From contig MU008149.1 in the NCBI GenBank assembly GCA_010909165.1, positions 372,001 through 436,000 on the forward strand: a stretch of 64,000 nt of DNA, given 5' to 3'. The notes below the pieces were generated by a model that saw nothing but the letters and a program-made list of their open reading frames with translations, was not told the origin of the DNA and did not search any database. A program made the translations under genes and the position numbers. This stretch comes from Anthoceros angustus (lineage: Eukaryota; Plantae; Anthocerotophyta). Every line of letters begins with the position of its first letter. The first letter of the stretch is position 1. This document shows, one piece after another, positions 61,721-64,000 of this stretch.

Positions 61721-62339
61721 AAATGTTTCTAAATCAGATGTACTCATGCACACAGGTGCTTGAAATAAAGTGAGTTATGTATTATGAATACACAAAGTGT
61801 CTTATATCACAAAATTGTTCAAGAGTCATGTCTGTTCAAGTAACCTAGGTATTGACAACTAACTAATAAAATGGTTCGTTTATATATATAGGAACCTAGC
61901 AGGTTCTAGTCTAACTCTTGCCAAGTAAGCGAACCTGCGTTTAGGCATGTGACATAGCGTATGCGGCTCATGACTCTGTGTCTCGCACTTTGTGCCTTGA
62001 TTAGATCTACCTCTGTTCCGGCCTTTGGCGGGAAAAACAAAGTAGGAGGCAGACTGAGAGTGCATACGGCACCGGCCCAACCATCCTGCACTCATCGGGG
62101 AATACAGGATTTTCAAGCGAGCGTGTGGCGGGTGGTGGGAGTGCAATTGCAAGTCACAGCTCCTAAGAGGCAGACGACATCCAGTATTTACTCACGAAGA
62201 TGAAGAGGCATGTCATAATTCGGACGCGATATACAAGCCCTACAGGATAGCTAAGTGATATGCCAGCTGCAATATGCGATTAAGTTGAGCTTGTTGCTTC
62301 ATCCACCATAGTCTGCAGCTGGCTGTAGAGACATGAGAG

Positions 62340-63930
62340 CTAGGGCTGAGAGGCAGTGCAAGCCTGCACGCCCATGGCCTCCATGTGCTGATAGTGCTTG
62401 CCAGCAGGAAGATACTTCGTAAGAAGGTCTGCTGTGTTCAGGTCTGTTGGCAAATATTGAATCTTTACATGTCTTTGCTCCACAGAGTGTCTGATGAAGT
62501 GGTGATGCACTTCAATGTGCTTTGTACGCGCATGGAAGCGTGGATTGGCTGTCATAGCTATTGTGGACATGTTGTCACAGTAAATGGGAGTGGGCTGTGA
62601 CTGTGGATATCCAAGACCTGCCAGAAAACATCGCTCCCACACTGCTTCCTTAGCACCTTCTGTCAAGGCTTTATATTCAGCCTCGGTTGATGACAAAGCA
62701 ACCAAAGCTTGCTTCTTTGAGCTCCAGTGAATGGCAGCATCGTTCAAAGTAAAGCAATAGGCCGAAATGCTTCTCCGGCATGCAGGTGCATGGCCCGTCG
62801 GCGCCGACATACCCACACAAGGTAGGCTCTTGACCTCGCCCACAGCATAGGCCGTCTTGCCGCCAGGATATCGAGGCAGCGTTTAACCGCACTCCAGTGG
62901 GCCTGTCCAGGGTTATCCGGTGGGCGAAAGCGAGGCTCCTTGCACTGCTTGAATGTCCGTGGTCCGGCCAACTAATGTAATTGAGCAACCTCGCATGACG
63001 ATAGGGAACCTGAGCCATGGTCTGGCGCTCCTCATCTGTCTGGGGACACTGATCATGGGAAAGCTTCAGGCCTGCAACTCCTGGAGTAGAGACAGGTTTG
63101 GCAGTATCAAGGTGAAAGCGGTGCAGAGTCTCGGCAATGTATTTTGCTTGATGCAGCATAAGAGTGCCTTCTTCCATATTTCGGACGAGTTGAACGCCGA
63201 GAACAAAGGTAAGAGCACCAATATCTTTCATGTCGAACTTCTGGTGCAGCATGTCTTTGACCCAAGATAACAAACCTGGGTCATTTGATGCGAGGATGGC
63301 GTCGTCGACATACAAAGCGAGGACAACAAGTTTGCCATCCTTGGAGAAGTAATATACGTTTGCATCACCAGGATTCTGTATGAAACCAATGGACTTGAGG
63401 TACCTGTCAATTGTCTTGTACCACTCACGAGCTGATTGTTTTAACCCATAAATGGTTTTCTTAAGATGGCAGACCCAGTCTGGATGCTCGGGATCCACAA
63501 AGCCCTCGGGCTGCGACATATAAATGTCCTCTTCCAGTTCACCATAAAGGAAGGCCGTGCAGACATCCATCTGCTGGAGATCCCAAGCGTTTGCAGCAGC
63601 CAAAGCAAGGATCATGCGAATAGACTGGGTTTTCACAACAGGACTAAAAGTTTCTGTGAAATCTATGCCAGGAACCTGGGTGAAACCCCTAGCAACAAGC
63701 CTGGACTTGTATCGGGCAATCTCACCCTGGGCATTCAACTTATGTTTGAAGACCCACTTGCAACTGACCACCTTCCTACCCTTAGGTAGAGGACATAGTT
63801 CCCACGTGTCATTTTTGATTAAGGAGTCGTATTCATCCTTGATGGAAGGGATCCAGTGTGCCTTGTCAGCTCCAGTGATAGCCTCCTGATATGTCCTGGG
63901 TTCGTGCTTAACAAAAGGAGGGCTACTCAC
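62340..63930 (-). mobile_element. Copia RT-RNase H (element continues beyond the window; probable 3' LTR from ~61724)
   Basis: EPRTYQEA, CKWVFKHK, YKSRLVARGFTQ, QMDVCTAFL, YGLKQ, LYVDD, STEAEY, CDN and ADLLTK. Frameshifts around 62800-63000. Confidence 0.96.
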
Positions 63931-64000
63931 AGAAGACTTAGATGGTGGAATAGCAACCCTAGCTCTAGGACGTCGGAAATCAATAGAGGTGTATGGGGGT

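Overview
Eukaryotic plant nuclear DNA, most likely from a seed-free land plant. Hornwort, fern or lycophyte is inferred from the short GT-AG introns, TTTAGGG repeats, an HSPA12-type Hsp70 and an HAEKLA-type DYW relic. Host genes: an intact ~23-exon NAP1 (SCAR/WAVE complex, 34957-41713, -); an intronless HSPA12-like Hsp70 (18533-20692, +); a 5-exon signal-peptide 11S-globulin/legumin-like bicupin gene (23066-33108, -) carrying a Copia element in intron 3 and a CACTA element in exon 5; a truncated paralogue of that gene (1930-2760) that preserves both empty insertion sites; and a candidate orphan multi-pass membrane protein in a 1.65-kb tandem duplication. The rest is nested Copia, Gypsy and CACTA debris, PPR and BAHD fragments, and minisatellites. 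The most novel signal is a Copia family carrying an extra gene antisense to pol, starting just inside the 3' LTR. It encodes an AT-hook-like N-terminus and a coiled-coil C-terminus and contains a spliceosomal intron at a conserved position. At least four diverged pieces lie in this window. One full-length element also has an extra ORF upstream of gag. All alignments were made by eye, and many frameshifts in repeats may be long-read assembly errors.
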